NCBI GenBank assembly: GCA_049521795.1
Contig: JBEKOM010000002.1
Location: forward strand, 160,001 to 224,000
DNA from: Candidatus Bathyarchaeia archaeon
GTDB lineage: Archaea; Thermoproteota; Bathyarchaeia; Bathyarchaeales; Bathycorpusculaceae
Length of the DNA: 64,000 nucleotides
Direction of reading: 5' to 3'
Each line of letters begins with the position of its first letter. Within the stretch, counting starts at the first letter, position 1. The notes below the pieces were generated by a model. That model did not search any database. It was given only the letters and a program-made list of their open reading frames with translations, and was not told the DNA's origin. Below are positions 28,057 through 39,200 of the stretch, piece after piece. The position numbers were made by a program, and so were the translations under genes.

Positions 28057-30021
28057 ATGCTGATTCAAGAGGTGATCCTCGAGAACTTCATGAGTTACGA
28101 GTACGGCAGAGTGCCGTTTAAACCAGGCGTGAATGTTGTCTGTGGACCAAACGGTTCAGGAAAGTCGTCTCTTCTTCTGGCCATTTCCGTGGCTCTAGGG
28201 CAGTCGTACACTGAACGCTCTAGGAAACTGAGCGACCTCATACGTTGGGGCAAAGACCAAGCCCGGGTGACCTTGGTTCTAGATAACACTAGGAGAGGAA
28301 AGAACAGGCCAGTGCCAAGATTTAACAAAGACCAGATTTTTCTCACACGCGTCCTGAGGCGTGACGGAACGTACTGGTTCTCTCTTGAAAACCATGCCGT
28401 CAATAAGAACGACGTTGAAAGACTCTTGGGAAGGTTGGGCGTTGACCCGGACAACATACTCATCATAATGCATCAGAACATGGTTGAACAGTTTACTGTG
28501 CTTTCTACTCAGGAGAAACTGCGAATTGTAGAAGCGGCAGTTGGACTTGAGCCCTATCGTGAAAATGTTTTGCAAGCACAGAAAAAGCTGACTCGAATAC
28601 TAAGTCAGGAAGAGTCTATGAGCAAACTCTTGGAGTCGGCTGAGCAGACATTGAATTACTGGAGAGGGCAATACGATAGGTATCAAGAGAAAAAGCAGTT
28701 ACAGTCGAAAAGAAGGTTCTTAGAAAGAGAGCTAGCGTGGGCCGAAGTTGCAAGAAGGGAAGAAACGGTAAGGCAGCTGGAGGTTGATAGTAGAAAGCAA
28801 CAAGGCATTCTTGACCAGATCGAAGAACAGACAGGGTCGGCAAAGGGTCAGCTGCAGACTCAGGAATATGAGCGTGTGAAGCTGAAGGACGACTGGAGAC
28901 AACTTTTTGACGAACGCCTGAGCTTCGAACGTCAGAAGGCTGGAAACTCGTCGACAGTTCCGCTGTATGAACAACTCTTGAAAGAAACAGCAGCGCTGGA
29001 GATGCTAAGTCAAAACCCTGACAAGGATGCACCTCTTGAAACTGGGCAGGTTTCGAGGAAGACAGTGCAGATCAAACTCCTCAGGAGTGAAGATCTCAAA
29101 GAGTTGATACAGAACTCGAAAGAACACGCCTCAAAATTTGACGCGGAAATAGAAAGAAATGAGATGAAAACGAGGAACTGGGAAGAAGCCACCGAAAAGG
29201 TGAATACTCAAATCTTGAACCTTCGCATCGAATTGGCGCTTCTGCTTTACCGAACAGAAAATGCCACAGTCAACGTGAAAGAACTCGAAAGTTCCCTGCG
29301 TGAGGCGAAAACTCGTCTGGATGAGACAGTGAAGAAGGCTGAGCAGGTCGGAGCCAGAATTGCAGTAATAGAGGAAGTTGGTAAGATCCTCGACGAAATG
29401 CGCGTCACAGAAGGACACTTGGCTGCACTTTCAGATGTCTCAGAAGACATTGAGCGCATGTACGAGTCCTATTCAAAACTCTATCTTGAACTGAAAGAGA
29501 AAGCCCAGCTCGTTGCTGAAAACCGTGAAAAAACACTTGAAGAAGTGAGGACGAGAATGCAGTCTTGGCGAACAGTCATCGGAAACCTTCTGGATCGCGT
29601 CAACTTGGAGTACCAGAAAACCTTAACGCAAGCTCAAGCCGTAGGAGAGGTTAGACTCGCAAACGGCCATGACATAGAGACGGCAGGACTCGAAATTCTC
29701 GTGGGGTTCAAAGGCGGAAAACCAGTCCCTCTTGACGCTTACACGCAGAGCGGTGGAGAAAGAACAACCGCAACGATGAGCTTTCTGCTAGCCCTGCAGC
29801 AACACGTCCGTTCCCCATTTCGCGCCGTCGACGAATACGACATCCACATGGACCCGAAAAACCGTGAACTCGTCGCTCAGATGCTCGTCTCAAGAGTTAA
29901 CGATTCAAACGCACAGTACATCGTGATAACTCCAAGCCAAGTAACGTTTGCAAAAGAAGGAACAAACATAATCACTGTTCAAAACATCGAAGGCAAATCG
30001 ATAATCAGAGAAGTGACGTAA
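28057..30021 (+). CDS. Short SMC-family ATPase with Smc5/6-type motifs (coalescin/Sph/arcadin-4-like)
   Basis: Walker A GPNGSGKSS, Q-loop MHQ, long coiled coil, signature QSGGE, SPFRAVDEYDIHMD, QYIVITP; 654 aa with no recognisable hinge. Confidence 0.9.
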   Translation: MLIQEVILENFMSYEYGRVPFKPGVNVVCGPNGSGKSSLLLAISVALGQSYTERSRKLSDLIRWGKDQARVTLVLDNTRRGKNRPVPRFNKDQIFLTRVLRRDGTYWFSLENHAVNKNDVERLLGRLGVDPDNILIIMHQNMVEQFTVLSTQEKLRIVEAAVGLEPYRENVLQAQKKLTRILSQEESMSKLLESAEQTLNYWRGQYDRYQEKKQLQSKRRFLERELAWAEVARREETVRQLEVDSRKQQGILDQIEEQTGSAKGQLQTQEYERVKLKDDWRQLFDERLSFERQKAGNSSTVPLYEQLLKETAALEMLSQNPDKDAPLETGQVSRKTVQIKLLRSEDLKELIQNSKEHASKFDAEIERNEMKTRNWEEATEKVNTQILNLRIELALLLYRTENATVNVKELESSLREAKTRLDETVKKAEQVGARIAVIEEVGKILDEMRVTEGHLAALSDVSEDIERMYESYSKLYLELKEKAQLVAENREKTLEEVRTRMQSWRTVIGNLLDRVNLEYQKTLTQAQAVGEVRLANGHDIETAGLEILVGFKGGKPVPLDAYTQSGGERTTATMSFLLALQQHVRSPFRAVDEYDIHMDPKNRELVAQMLVSRVNDSNAQYIVITPSQVTFAKEGTNIITVQNIEGKSIIREVT

Positions 30022-30848
30022 TGCAGTCCAGAAAAGCACATGAGAAGCTCGGCAGAGAGAAGCTTCAACGCATCATCGACACCTGCAGGTCCGTCGAAGA
30101 ACGGTCGCTTGACCCGTTCTTGATAGACCTCAAAGAGAACATAAGTACGGTCAGAGAACACTTTCCAGAATGGAAGATCCCAGAAGACCTTTGCCTCGAC
30201 GCTGAAACCATACACCACCTCGCCTCCGTAGTGAAACTTCAAAGCGAGTGGGTCAAACATCGGTCAACCTCACTCTACACAGACCCCTTTGTCTTGGAAG
30301 AAAAACTCAGACGATTAGACAAGGAGGAGATCGTTAGAACCTTTATCAAAGCTTGGCATCCCCTGGTTGAGTGGGAGCAGATATCAATTCACAGCCTAGC
30401 CGAAGCCGTCAGGTACTGGAACAGCTTGGTGCCACTCAGAGAGAGGTGGAAGGAAACCCCCCCGACCGAAGTCGGGTCAGGCTCCGCAACGCGCGAAGAA
30501 CTTGTTCGCGAAAGGATACTGCGAGACAAAGCCTTCTCCGAGGAACTTGAGAACTTCTGGCTTCAACTGAAGAACCTCATTGCCCAGAAGGGTCAGAACG
30601 GAAAGATAAGATACTGGGACTTCATCGGCGCAGAATCCTACGAGGAAACCGTAAACAGAGCTTTCATGACAAGCTTCCTCGTCACATATGGCTATGCCAC
30701 GTTGGAAATTCACCCGTTAGAAGAAGAAATGTACGTTGTACCCTACGAAAAAGCGTTGGTCAAGACGGGAAAGGAACAGCTGGTGTCAATACCCATCTCA
30801 GTTTCAGTGAGTGACTGGCAGAGGTGGAGGCGGGGAGAGCTGAAGTGA
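30021..30848 (+). CDS. Kleisin (ScpA/Nse4)-like protein
   Basis: N-terminal LDPFLIDL...A..V.L.S helical domain and C-terminal winged-helix-like RAFMTSFLVTYGYATLE; TAATG-coupled to the SMC gene. Confidence 0.6.
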   Translation: MQSRKAHEKLGREKLQRIIDTCRSVEERSLDPFLIDLKENISTVREHFPEWKIPEDLCLDAETIHHLASVVKLQSEWVKHRSTSLYTDPFVLEEKLRRLDKEEIVRTFIKAWHPLVEWEQISIHSLAEAVRYWNSLVPLRERWKETPPTEVGSGSATREELVRERILRDKAFSEELENFWLQLKNLIAQKGQNGKIRYWDFIGAESYEETVNRAFMTSFLVTYGYATLEIHPLEEEMYVVPYEKALVKTGKEQLVSIPISVSVSDWQRWRRGELK

Positions 30849-31411
30849 GCAAGAGAAAAGCAACGTACGCCAGCAAACTGAAAAGAGCAACTCACATGCT
30901 CTTCTTCAAACGACACGCAAAACCTGGTGTTAAGGGCTGGGAACTCCGTAAAGCGTTGGGCGCTGATTATCCAAAAGTGTTGAAGATTATGGATGACTAC
31001 TTGAAGGGCCTTGACCTCGAAGTTAAGACAGTGTTCGAAGAAGGAAAGCAAGTTGAAAAGCCGAGTGTCGAACAGCTTGACAAGGCCAGATTTTACGTAG
31101 CGCTGCGTGGGGAATTGGTGCCTAAAGAAGCAAAGATGATAGGGTGGCGGATAGACGACTTTGCAGGACTGGCAGTCGCCATTGCTTATATATTATCAAA
31201 GAAGGGAAAGGTTCCGAGAGATGAGGTTGAAAAACTGCTGCGAGAAAAGATTCCAGGATGGAAAGTGGGCCTCAATGTTGACAGGTACATCAGGTATGGT
31301 TATCTTACGGAAGATGAGAACGGACAGCTTTACTTGGACTGGAGAACCCGCGCAGAAGTCGACCAAAAAGCTTTGATTGATCTTCTTCTTGGAGTTGAAA
31401 CAAAAGCCTAG
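30845..31411 (+). CDS. KITE (ScpB/Nse1/Nse3-MAGE)-like tandem winged-helix protein
   Basis: Two WH-like units; GLAVAIAYILSKKGKV...YIRYGYL...LDWRTRAE resembles MAGE/Nse WH-B; GTGA overlap with the upstream stop. Confidence 0.55.
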   Translation: MSKRKATYASKLKRATHMLFFKRHAKPGVKGWELRKALGADYPKVLKIMDDYLKGLDLEVKTVFEEGKQVEKPSVEQLDKARFYVALRGELVPKEAKMIGWRIDDFAGLAVAIAYILSKKGKVPRDEVEKLLREKIPGWKVGLNVDRYIRYGYLTEDENGQLYLDWRTRAEVDQKALIDLLLGVETKA

Positions 31412-31628
31412 GAGCTTCACGCACTTGGTCTATTTTCTTATCTTGTGGTAGATGAAGGCTATTGCATCGATTACGACCAAGGCTGCAAGCGCTAACAGCG
31501 GACTGCCCAGAAACTGGGATGCGAACGACTGATCTGCGGCTCTGACTGTGCCGATGAGAGTAGAAAGAAGTACTGATGCGTATAGACATGTTTTCAATAG
31601 TCGCCCCACAGTTTCTGCATCTCCTGGG

Positions 31629-32066
31629 CTAAGTTATGCTGACGTTCTGTATGTCGAAGTAGCGTTTTGCCAAGAACCGTAACCTCTCAGCGTTTCTGCC
31701 GTTTTTTCCTATGGCGACGCCTTTGTCCTTCGGGTTGACGGCGACAACGGCTATTGTCTTGCCGTCTGGTCTTTCGGTTATGCGGATTTCTTGGACGGTT
31801 GCCGGTTTCAAAGCGTTCTTGATGAATTGAGCGGGTTCTTCCGCGTACTCGATTATCTCGTGTTTCTTCCCCGTCATTCTTTCTAAAGTGTGGATGTTTC
31901 TTCCGCCTCTGCCTATCGCGACGCCTACCTGGCCCTCGTTGACGACGTAGAGCACGCGGGCTTGTTCTTCGTCGATTATGCAGTCTTTGACGCTGGCGTT
32001 GGTTATGCTTTCAAACAGTGCGATGTATCGCATCTCGTTGCTGGTGAACTTTATCCCTGTTGTCAT
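31629..32066 (-). CDS. nusA: Archaeal NusA
   Basis: YIALFESIT...KDC; KH motifs AIGRGGRNI and AIGKNGRN; follows rpl30e. Confidence 0.95.
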   Translation of the reverse strand: MTTGIKFTSNEMRYIALFESITNASVKDCIIDEEQARVLYVVNEGQVGVAIGRGGRNIHTLERMTGKKHEIIEYAEEPAQFIKNALKPATVQEIRITERPDGKTIAVVAVNPKDKGVAIGKNGRNAERLRFLAKRYFDIQNVSIT

Positions 32067-32398
32067 TCGTTTCCTCCGCCGGACTCCTCAGGCTCAGCGG
32101 TCTCCGTTAACTTGAGGATTTCTGAATCACCTGGCTCTCTTATACTTAACGCTGAAACCGTGAAGGGCTTGCCGCACGCAGCGGCCAGATCCATCGATGA
32201 CCCTTTGTAGAGGACTAATGGAACCTTTGAGAGGTTGCTGTAGTATTCAACGTCCTCGCGGACCTTCTTAGGAGCGTTTGACGCGAGAATTATGAGCTTT
32301 GCTCTTCCTGTTTGAGCGCTTTGCACTGCGGAGCTGGCTCCAATCGACACTTTGCCAGTTTTCACGGCTGCTGAAATTGCTTTGTTTACGTCTATCAC
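32063..32398 (-). CDS. rpl30e: 50S ribosomal protein L30e
   Basis: AVKTGKV.IG, AKLIILASN.P, L...CGKPF.VSAL.I..PGDS.I. Confidence 0.96.
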   Translation of the reverse strand: MIDVNKAISAAVKTGKVSIGASSAVQSAQTGRAKLIILASNAPKKVREDVEYYSNLSKVPLVLYKGSSMDLAAACGKPFTVSALSIREPGDSEILKLTETAEPEESGGGNE

Positions 32399-35300
32399 TT
32401 CTTCTCACTCTTCTTCTCGATCGTTGACATGAACAATTCTACGAGTCCCGTGCCGATCGGTATCGACTGTCCGACTATTACGTTTTCGGTCACTCCTGCC
32501 AAGGGGTCGCTTTCACCCTTGACTGCCGCTTCAACGATGTTCGGGACCGTTATCTCAAAGGCTGCTCTGGCCAGAACGCTTGATTTCTTGCCGCTGATGC
32601 CGTGCCTTCCTATCTGCTGCACTTCACCCGTGGAGGTCATCATGTCTGCGACGAGCATGACGTGACGCGTGTCCACGTCCAACCCTTGTTCTTCCAGGAC
32701 GCCCTTAGCCTCGTTCACCAAGGCGTTTCTAGCAGCCTCAATGCCTATCGTTTTCGCTATTTCGTGAACGTTGTTGGTTGTTGTCCTTGAACTGTCAACG
32801 CCTGGGATTTCTAGGACCTTGGGCAGGTTTGAACCGTCTGTGTTTATGACCCATTCTCCATGCTCTTCGGTGACGAGCACGCGCTTTATGCCAGGGACTC
32901 CTTTGATGTGAAACACAGTGACTTTTCCAAGCATTTTCCTTATCGCTTCGACTTTTTTCGGCTGTACGTGTATGGTGTTGCCCTTTGTCTTTATGGTGCA
33001 GTTCGGAATTTGCAGTTTGTCCTTTAACTCCTGCATTGTCACTTCCCGGTCTTCCATCATAGTTTTGTCGGGTTCAATGATTATCTCTTCGTGCAATGGG
33101 TCTATGTAGACTGCTTCTGCAAGGTTCTCCATGGTTGTGTACACGATTTCGCGTGCAATCTTAACCGCGGCTTCCCTGCTTTTTCTGTTCTCTTCTGCCA
33201 AGTAAATCTTCATGATCGGAGTGGACGGGATTCTCCTCGCATCCACGATCTCGATCAGTCGAGGCAGGCCGAGGGTCACGTTTTGTTCCCTGACGCCTGC
33301 GTAGTGGAAGGTCCTAAGCGTCATCTGCGTGCCAGGTTCGCCGATGGATTGAGCCGCAACGATGCCTACTGCCTCGCCGGGTTCCATCAGGGCGTGTTTG
33401 TAGTGCTCGACGGTCGTGTTAACCGCTTTCTCGACGCCCGTCTTGGTCAGCCCTGCCTTTGCTGAGGTTTGCTTGAGCTGGTCTACAAGGATCGGTGTGA
33501 GTCGTCCTTGAACTTCGTCCAGTTTTTCTTTGATGAATTCGGCGGACGCTGGTCTGCCCTTCTCCTTAGCAATTCTTATTTGGTCAACCAACCGGCTAAC
33601 GTTCACTGCCTTTCCATGGTCGCTCTTGGCCGGGTCGACGCCGTCTTCGCCGTATTGGAACTGGATTATGTCTCCAGCCGAGTTTCTCACCGTGCTGTCG
33701 TACTCCAACCGTATGTGCTCAAGCGCGTTGATTAGTCTTCTCTGCATGTAGCCGCTCTGCTGTGTTCTGACGGCTGTGTCGACGAGGCCTTCTCGGCCGC
33801 CCATAGCGTGGAAGAAGAACTCTATCACGTCAAGCCCTTTCTGATACGAGCTGTACACGAATCCTCTGGCTTTCGGCCGTTGGTCTCCCGATTTGAAGTG
33901 GGGAAGAGCTCGGTCCACGTACCCACGGAGTATTCTCTTCCCACGGACTGATTGTTGTCCCACGCAGGCGCTTATCTGGCCGATGTTCAGGCTTGAGCCT
34001 CTGGCGCCGGTTCGCGTCATGATTATTCCAGAGTTCTCCAGAGTGAAGTCTTCGTCAGCTATCTTGCCTGATTCATCTCTTGCCTTTGCCAGCTCGTTCA
34101 TGACGTATATTTCGAAAGATTCTTCCAACGTTTGGCCTGGAAGCCTTGGCAACGTGCCCTTACGATAGCTTTCAATGAGGTCCTCTATCTTCTTCTCGAT
34201 TCTCTCCATAGTTTTTTCTATTCTGTCTTCAGCCTTGGGAGACAAGACCAGCTCGTTGTACGAGTAAGTGAAGCCTCGCATGGTTATGAAGAGCTTCAGC
34301 ATCCTTGTGATCTTGTTGAGGAACTCCCGCCCCGCCTGACTGCCATAATCCTTGATTATCCTGTGAAGAAGGCTTTCAGACTGTTCGGCACCTATGGAAC
34401 GTCTGTCAATCACGCCGCTTACAAGCTCGCCGTTCTTCACGACAACGTAAGCGTCATATTTGCATTCTTCTTCTAGACACTTCACGCATCCTTGACAGAT
34501 GTTAGCCTTCAAAACGTAGTTCATGTCCTTCGGTAGGAACAGACTGAAGATCTGCTTTCCCGTCCACAATGGTTGCGGCTGTTTGACCACTGGCAGAGGC
34601 ACTTGGCCCTCGTATTTGGCTGCCAAGAGCAGCTTGTTTACTTCGCTTCTTGTCAAGTAGTTTGCTTTTCTAGTGAACAGGTAGGCTGACGTTATGAAGT
34701 CTCTGATGGCCCCTATTATTGGACCTCCAAACCTAGGCGAAAGGATCTGGTCCTGAACCTGCATAAGCAGGAGAGCTTCGGTTCGAGCCTCTTCGCTTTG
34801 AGGAATATGCAGGTTCATCTCGTCGCCGTCGAAGTCTGCGTTGTACGGTGGACAAACGCACAGGTGCAGGCGGAACGTTTTGTATGGCAGAACGCGGACG
34901 TAGTGCGCCATGATCGACATGCGGTGAAGTGAGGGTTGACGATTGAAGATGGCAATGTCTCCGTTCTTCAAGTGCCTCTCCACGATGAAACCCAGTTCGA
35001 TGGCTTCAGCGATCTTTTCTCTGTCAACCACGAATTCGAGTCTTATGCGCTTGCCGTCGGGCCTGATGATGTAAAGGGCTCCGGGGTAGCCTTCAGGTCC
35101 GTTTTTCACGAGGGTTCGCATCTCTTCAATGTTCCATTCTGTGACTTTTTCGGGCACTGAGAGGCGCATCGCAATTTCAAGCGGAACGCCTACCTCGTTT
35201 ATGTCGATGTTCGGGTCAGGCGAAACAACGGTGCGCGCTGAGAAGTCTACCCTTTTTCCAGAAAGGTTGCTTCGGAATCTTCCCTCCTTTCCCTTCAGTC

Positions 35301-36213
35301 TTTGCGAGAGTGTCTTGAGGGCTCTGCCAGAGCGGTGTCGGGCCGGGGGAATTCCTGAAGCCTCGTTGTTGAAGTAGGTCGTCACATGGTACTGAAGGAG
35401 TTCTGACAAGTCTTGAATTATGAGCGTAGGCGCTCCTGCGTCCATGTTTTCTTTGAGCCTCTGATTAATTCGAATTATGTCCACGAGCTTGTGAGTCAAA
35501 TCGTCCTCTGAACGAATGCCCGATTCCAAAGTTATTGATGGGCGAACATAGACGGGTGGTACAGGAAGAACCTGCAGAACCATCCATTCGGGGCGAGCCG
35601 TTTTCGGGTTGAACCCCAACAGTTCAAGGTCCTCGTTAGTGATGCGTTCCAGTCTTTCTCGGACCATGCTGGGCGTCAACGGTTCTGAACCGCTTTCAGG
35701 GATCTGTTCGCTGAACTTTGTTGGCTTCTCAAAAGTGATCTTGTACTGCACCGCTGCACATTGAGGACACTGCCTTCTCTTCGTTTCCTGCATGATCGAT
35801 TTATAAACTTCGTCCGGAACCAGACCCAAGAGTTGGCGCGTCTTCTCCACCTTTGCCTTGGCCCTCTCAATGACGTCGTCTGGAAGCATTATGCGTCCGC
35901 AGTTTCGACAAGTCGCCCTCAGGAGGTCGTATATGATCTTCGTGAACTCAATGTGCACTATGGGAACTGCTAGTTCGATGTGACCGAAATGCCCTGGGCA
36001 GCGAATTGCCGTGTTGCCGCAGGTCTTGCACCTCTGTCTTGGTTCAAGGGTTCCAAGCCTCCCGTCCATCAGGCCTGAGGAGATTGGAGCGCCGTCTTCA
36101 TCGTAAGTGTCTGGTGTCTGAATTTCCACTACTGAATTCTTGCGCACGTCCTGTGGCGAGAACATGCCGAAGTTTATTTCATTCACAACTTTGCGGACAA
36201 TTTCCTCGCTCAT
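32395..36213 (-). CDS. rpoA1: RNA polymerase largest subunit, unsplit Rpo1 (A' and A'' in one ORF)
   Basis: CPGHFGHI, NADFDGD, GGREGLVDTA, then A''-type AAQSIGEPGTQMTLRTFH and ARAAFE in a single 1272-aa ORF. Confidence 0.97.
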   Translation of the reverse strand: MSEEIVRKVVNEINFGMFSPQDVRKNSVVEIQTPDTYDEDGAPISSGLMDGRLGTLEPRQRCKTCGNTAIRCPGHFGHIELAVPIVHIEFTKIIYDLLRATCRNCGRIMLPDDVIERAKAKVEKTRQLLGLVPDEVYKSIMQETKRRQCPQCAAVQYKITFEKPTKFSEQIPESGSEPLTPSMVRERLERITNEDLELLGFNPKTARPEWMVLQVLPVPPVYVRPSITLESGIRSEDDLTHKLVDIIRINQRLKENMDAGAPTLIIQDLSELLQYHVTTYFNNEASGIPPARHRSGRALKTLSQRLKGKEGRFRSNLSGKRVDFSARTVVSPDPNIDINEVGVPLEIAMRLSVPEKVTEWNIEEMRTLVKNGPEGYPGALYIIRPDGKRIRLEFVVDREKIAEAIELGFIVERHLKNGDIAIFNRQPSLHRMSIMAHYVRVLPYKTFRLHLCVCPPYNADFDGDEMNLHIPQSEEARTEALLLMQVQDQILSPRFGGPIIGAIRDFITSAYLFTRKANYLTRSEVNKLLLAAKYEGQVPLPVVKQPQPLWTGKQIFSLFLPKDMNYVLKANICQGCVKCLEEECKYDAYVVVKNGELVSGVIDRRSIGAEQSESLLHRIIKDYGSQAGREFLNKITRMLKLFITMRGFTYSYNELVLSPKAEDRIEKTMERIEKKIEDLIESYRKGTLPRLPGQTLEESFEIYVMNELAKARDESGKIADEDFTLENSGIIMTRTGARGSSLNIGQISACVGQQSVRGKRILRGYVDRALPHFKSGDQRPKARGFVYSSYQKGLDVIEFFFHAMGGREGLVDTAVRTQQSGYMQRRLINALEHIRLEYDSTVRNSAGDIIQFQYGEDGVDPAKSDHGKAVNVSRLVDQIRIAKEKGRPASAEFIKEKLDEVQGRLTPILVDQLKQTSAKAGLTKTGVEKAVNTTVEHYKHALMEPGEAVGIVAAQSIGEPGTQMTLRTFHYAGVREQNVTLGLPRLIEIVDARRIPSTPIMKIYLAEENRKSREAAVKIAREIVYTTMENLAEAVYIDPLHEEIIIEPDKTMMEDREVTMQELKDKLQIPNCTIKTKGNTIHVQPKKVEAIRKMLGKVTVFHIKGVPGIKRVLVTEEHGEWVINTDGSNLPKVLEIPGVDSSRTTTNNVHEIAKTIGIEAARNALVNEAKGVLEEQGLDVDTRHVMLVADMMTSTGEVQQIGRHGISGKKSSVLARAAFEITVPNIVEAAVKGESDPLAGVTENVIVGQSIPIGTGLVELFMSTIEKKSEKK

Positions 36214-36214
36214 C

Positions 36215-39200
36215 TTATGCCCTCTCCTTAAGCGTTAATCTTGGCGAGATGCACAGGCTCATCAGTTCTTGCAGCAGAAGCTTGAACGCATAGGAAACTA
36301 TAACGGGAGAGATTCTGGCCTTGTCCTCGCAGAGCTTGCAAACGTATTTTCTTTGCTTCATGTCATAGTAGGCTATGTGTCCACACGTCTCGCAGATGTA
36401 GAGCGTGTACTTGTCAGATTCTTCGAGCAGTCTGTCTCTTAGGAGCATAGCGGCTCCATGGCCAATCAGACAGTCGCGCTCCATTTCACCGAACCTGAGG
36501 CCGCCTCCTCTGGCTCTTCCCTCAGTCGGCTGCCTCGTCAGCATCTGAACTTGTCCACGGGCTCTGGCGTGAATCTTGTCCGCCACCATGTGATGCAGCT
36601 TCTGATAGTGCACAACGCCGACGTAGATGTCGGCGACGAATTTCTGACCTGTCACACCGCTGTAGAAGACTTCACTGCCGGTGCTGCTGAAGCCCAGCTT
36701 GATCATGGCAGACCTCAGCGCGTCGGGCCCTTCGTTTGAGAAGGGCGTTCCATCAGTAGGCCGTCCGCGTGCAGAGGCAACTTTTCCGGCTATTGATTCG
36801 ATGAACTGGCCAACGGTCATCCTTGACGGGATAGCGTGCGGGTTGATTATCAAGTCTGGAACGATGCCGTCTTCCGTGAAAGGCATATCTTCCTGAGGAA
36901 CGATCAGGCCGATGACGCCTTTTTGTCCGTGGCGCGAAGCGAATTTGTCGCCTAGTTCTGGGATGCGTTGGTCGCGGACTCTGACTTTTACAAGCTTGCT
37001 TCCTTCTCCAGACGCTGTGATGAAGATTGCGTCGACGACGCCTGTTTCTGATGGGCGCATGTCCACTGAGGTGTCGCGCATAGAAGGCCCTTTGACTTCA
37101 AATTCTTTGTATTCTTCAAGGAACCTTGGCGGACTGATTCTGCCGATGAGGACGTCTCCGCCTGCAACGGCCGACTCTAGGCCTATTATTCCGTCTGGTT
37201 CAAGCAGTCTGTAGTACTGTTCTCCTCTGTATCCGCGTGTTCCTGCTTCGGGTAGGGTGAATTTGTCTTTCAGTCCGCCCAAGTATTGGCGACACTCAGC
37301 CTCGTAGATTCGGAAGAAGGTTGAGCGTCCTAGGCCTCTTTCTATCGAAGCCTTGTTGAAAACAAGGGCGTCTTCCATGTTGTAACCCTCAAAAGATAGC
37401 ACCGCGACTACGTAGTTTTGACCTGATGGGCGCAGCTTGTAGCCCATTGTGTCCATCAGTGCGGTTTCAGCAAGCGGGGCCTGTGGGTAGTGCAAGATGT
37501 GTGATCTTGAGTCTACGCGTTGCTGGAAGTTTGTCGAGTAGATTCCTAGAGCTTGTTTGGCCATTGCGGCTTGATACGAGTTGCGGGGTGACTGGTTGTG
37601 CTCTGCGTAAGGTATTGTTGACGCGCAGATTCCTAGAATGGTGTACGTGGCAATTTCTAAGTGCGTGTGGTCGCGGCTCAATTCTTCGGGGCTTAAGGCG
37701 ATATAAGCGTTCTCCTCTTCTTCAGCGTCCAAGTATTCTATGATTCCGTTCTTTACGAGTTCTTCCCAGGACCAGACTCCCGTGGCGATCTTCTCAATCT
37801 GTTCAGGCTGAAGCTTTGGCACACCGTTTTCAACGATTATAAGAGGGCGTCTGACTCTGCCCTCGTCGCAGTTTACGTAGACTTCTTCCCTCTCTCCCTG
37901 GGCCTTCGAGAAGTAGGCTATGTTGACTTCGGTGGAAACCTCTCCTCTTCTCCTTCTTTCCCTGAAGTCTTGGGCCAGGCGATCTGGAGAGTTGCAGTAT
38001 CCTATTGTGTTGCCGTCTACGAAAACCTTTGTTCCAGAAAGCTTCAACGTGTCGTTGGCCTCAAGAATCGGTGTTACGCCGCTGGCGAACAAAAGCTGTC
38101 TCATCTTTTCCGGGTTCACGCCCACAGAGATGCAGGCAGACAGGGCCAAGTTCTTCACCAGTCCGCAGTTTGAGCCCTCTGGTGTTTCGTTTGGGCAAAG
38201 GCGGCCCCAGTGGGTTGCGTGTAAGTCCCTTGCTTCGAAGTTGGGTTGGCTTCTGCTGAGAGGCGATTGGAGGCGTCGCAGGTGACTTAGTGTTGAAATG
38301 TGGTTTGTTCTGTCGAGAAGCTGGGTTATGCCAACTCTGCCTCTTCCCCAGTTTCCGGTTGCAAGCGCATGTTGAAACCTTTCAGCTATTATGCCCGGCC
38401 TCACGGCTGCTGAAACGGTTATTATCGGCCCCTTCACACCGATTCTTTCAAGTTGATATTTTATGTCGCGGGTGAGATTTCTAAACGCTACTCTGAAAAG
38501 GTCTGCAAGCAGAGGACCTGCCAGTCTCAACCGCTTATTCTTGAAGTGGTCTTTGTCATCTTGCTTCCTCCTTCCAAGCTGCATTTCTATTGCCCTGCAG
38601 GCCATCTCGCCTAAGAACAGGGCCTTGTCCTTCCTCTTCTGTTCCGTTCTGCCTATGTGTGGAAGGAAGTTCTTGTCCACCGCAGTTTCGGCTTTCTGCA
38701 CACGGTACTCTTCTACCTGTCCATGAGCAACACGGTTGCCAATGAACAGAATGGCGTCTTTTGCTGTGTCGACTCCGATGGCTTTTTCGAAGGACGCCTC
38801 GAGTGCGGTTTGGATTTCGTTGTCCAGAGAGATTGCCTCGGCAATTTCCTTGTCAGATTCAAGTCCTAAGGCACGCATCAGGACGACAAAAGGAACTTCG
38901 GAAGGAACGCCTGGCATTGAAACGTACAATGCACCGTCAGACTTGATCTTCAACTCGATTCTTGCCCTGAACCCCACAGTTGTCGAAAATATCTTTGACT
39001 GATAGACCGGCGTTGCTCCTTTCTCGTCAACGTCGACTATTATGCGGTTGGGAGCCAGGTCTTCCATAGCCACTACGACGCGCTCTGAACCGTTCACAAC
39101 GAAGTAGCCGCCCGGGTCATCAGGATCTTCTCCACATGAAATCAGTTCCTCTCTTGAGAGTTGTGAGAGGAAACACAGCTTTGACTTTAGCATTACAGGG

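Noticed and set aside
28057-31411. Wadjet (JetABCD) or MukBEF assignment for the SMC operon
   Set aside because: No JetD/Toprim nuclease nearby, the SMC gene comes first and is far shorter than JetC/MukB, and the motifs are Smc5/6-like.
32429-39002. Many plus-strand ORFs of 60-125 aa
   Set aside because: Antisense shadows of rpoA and rpoB.
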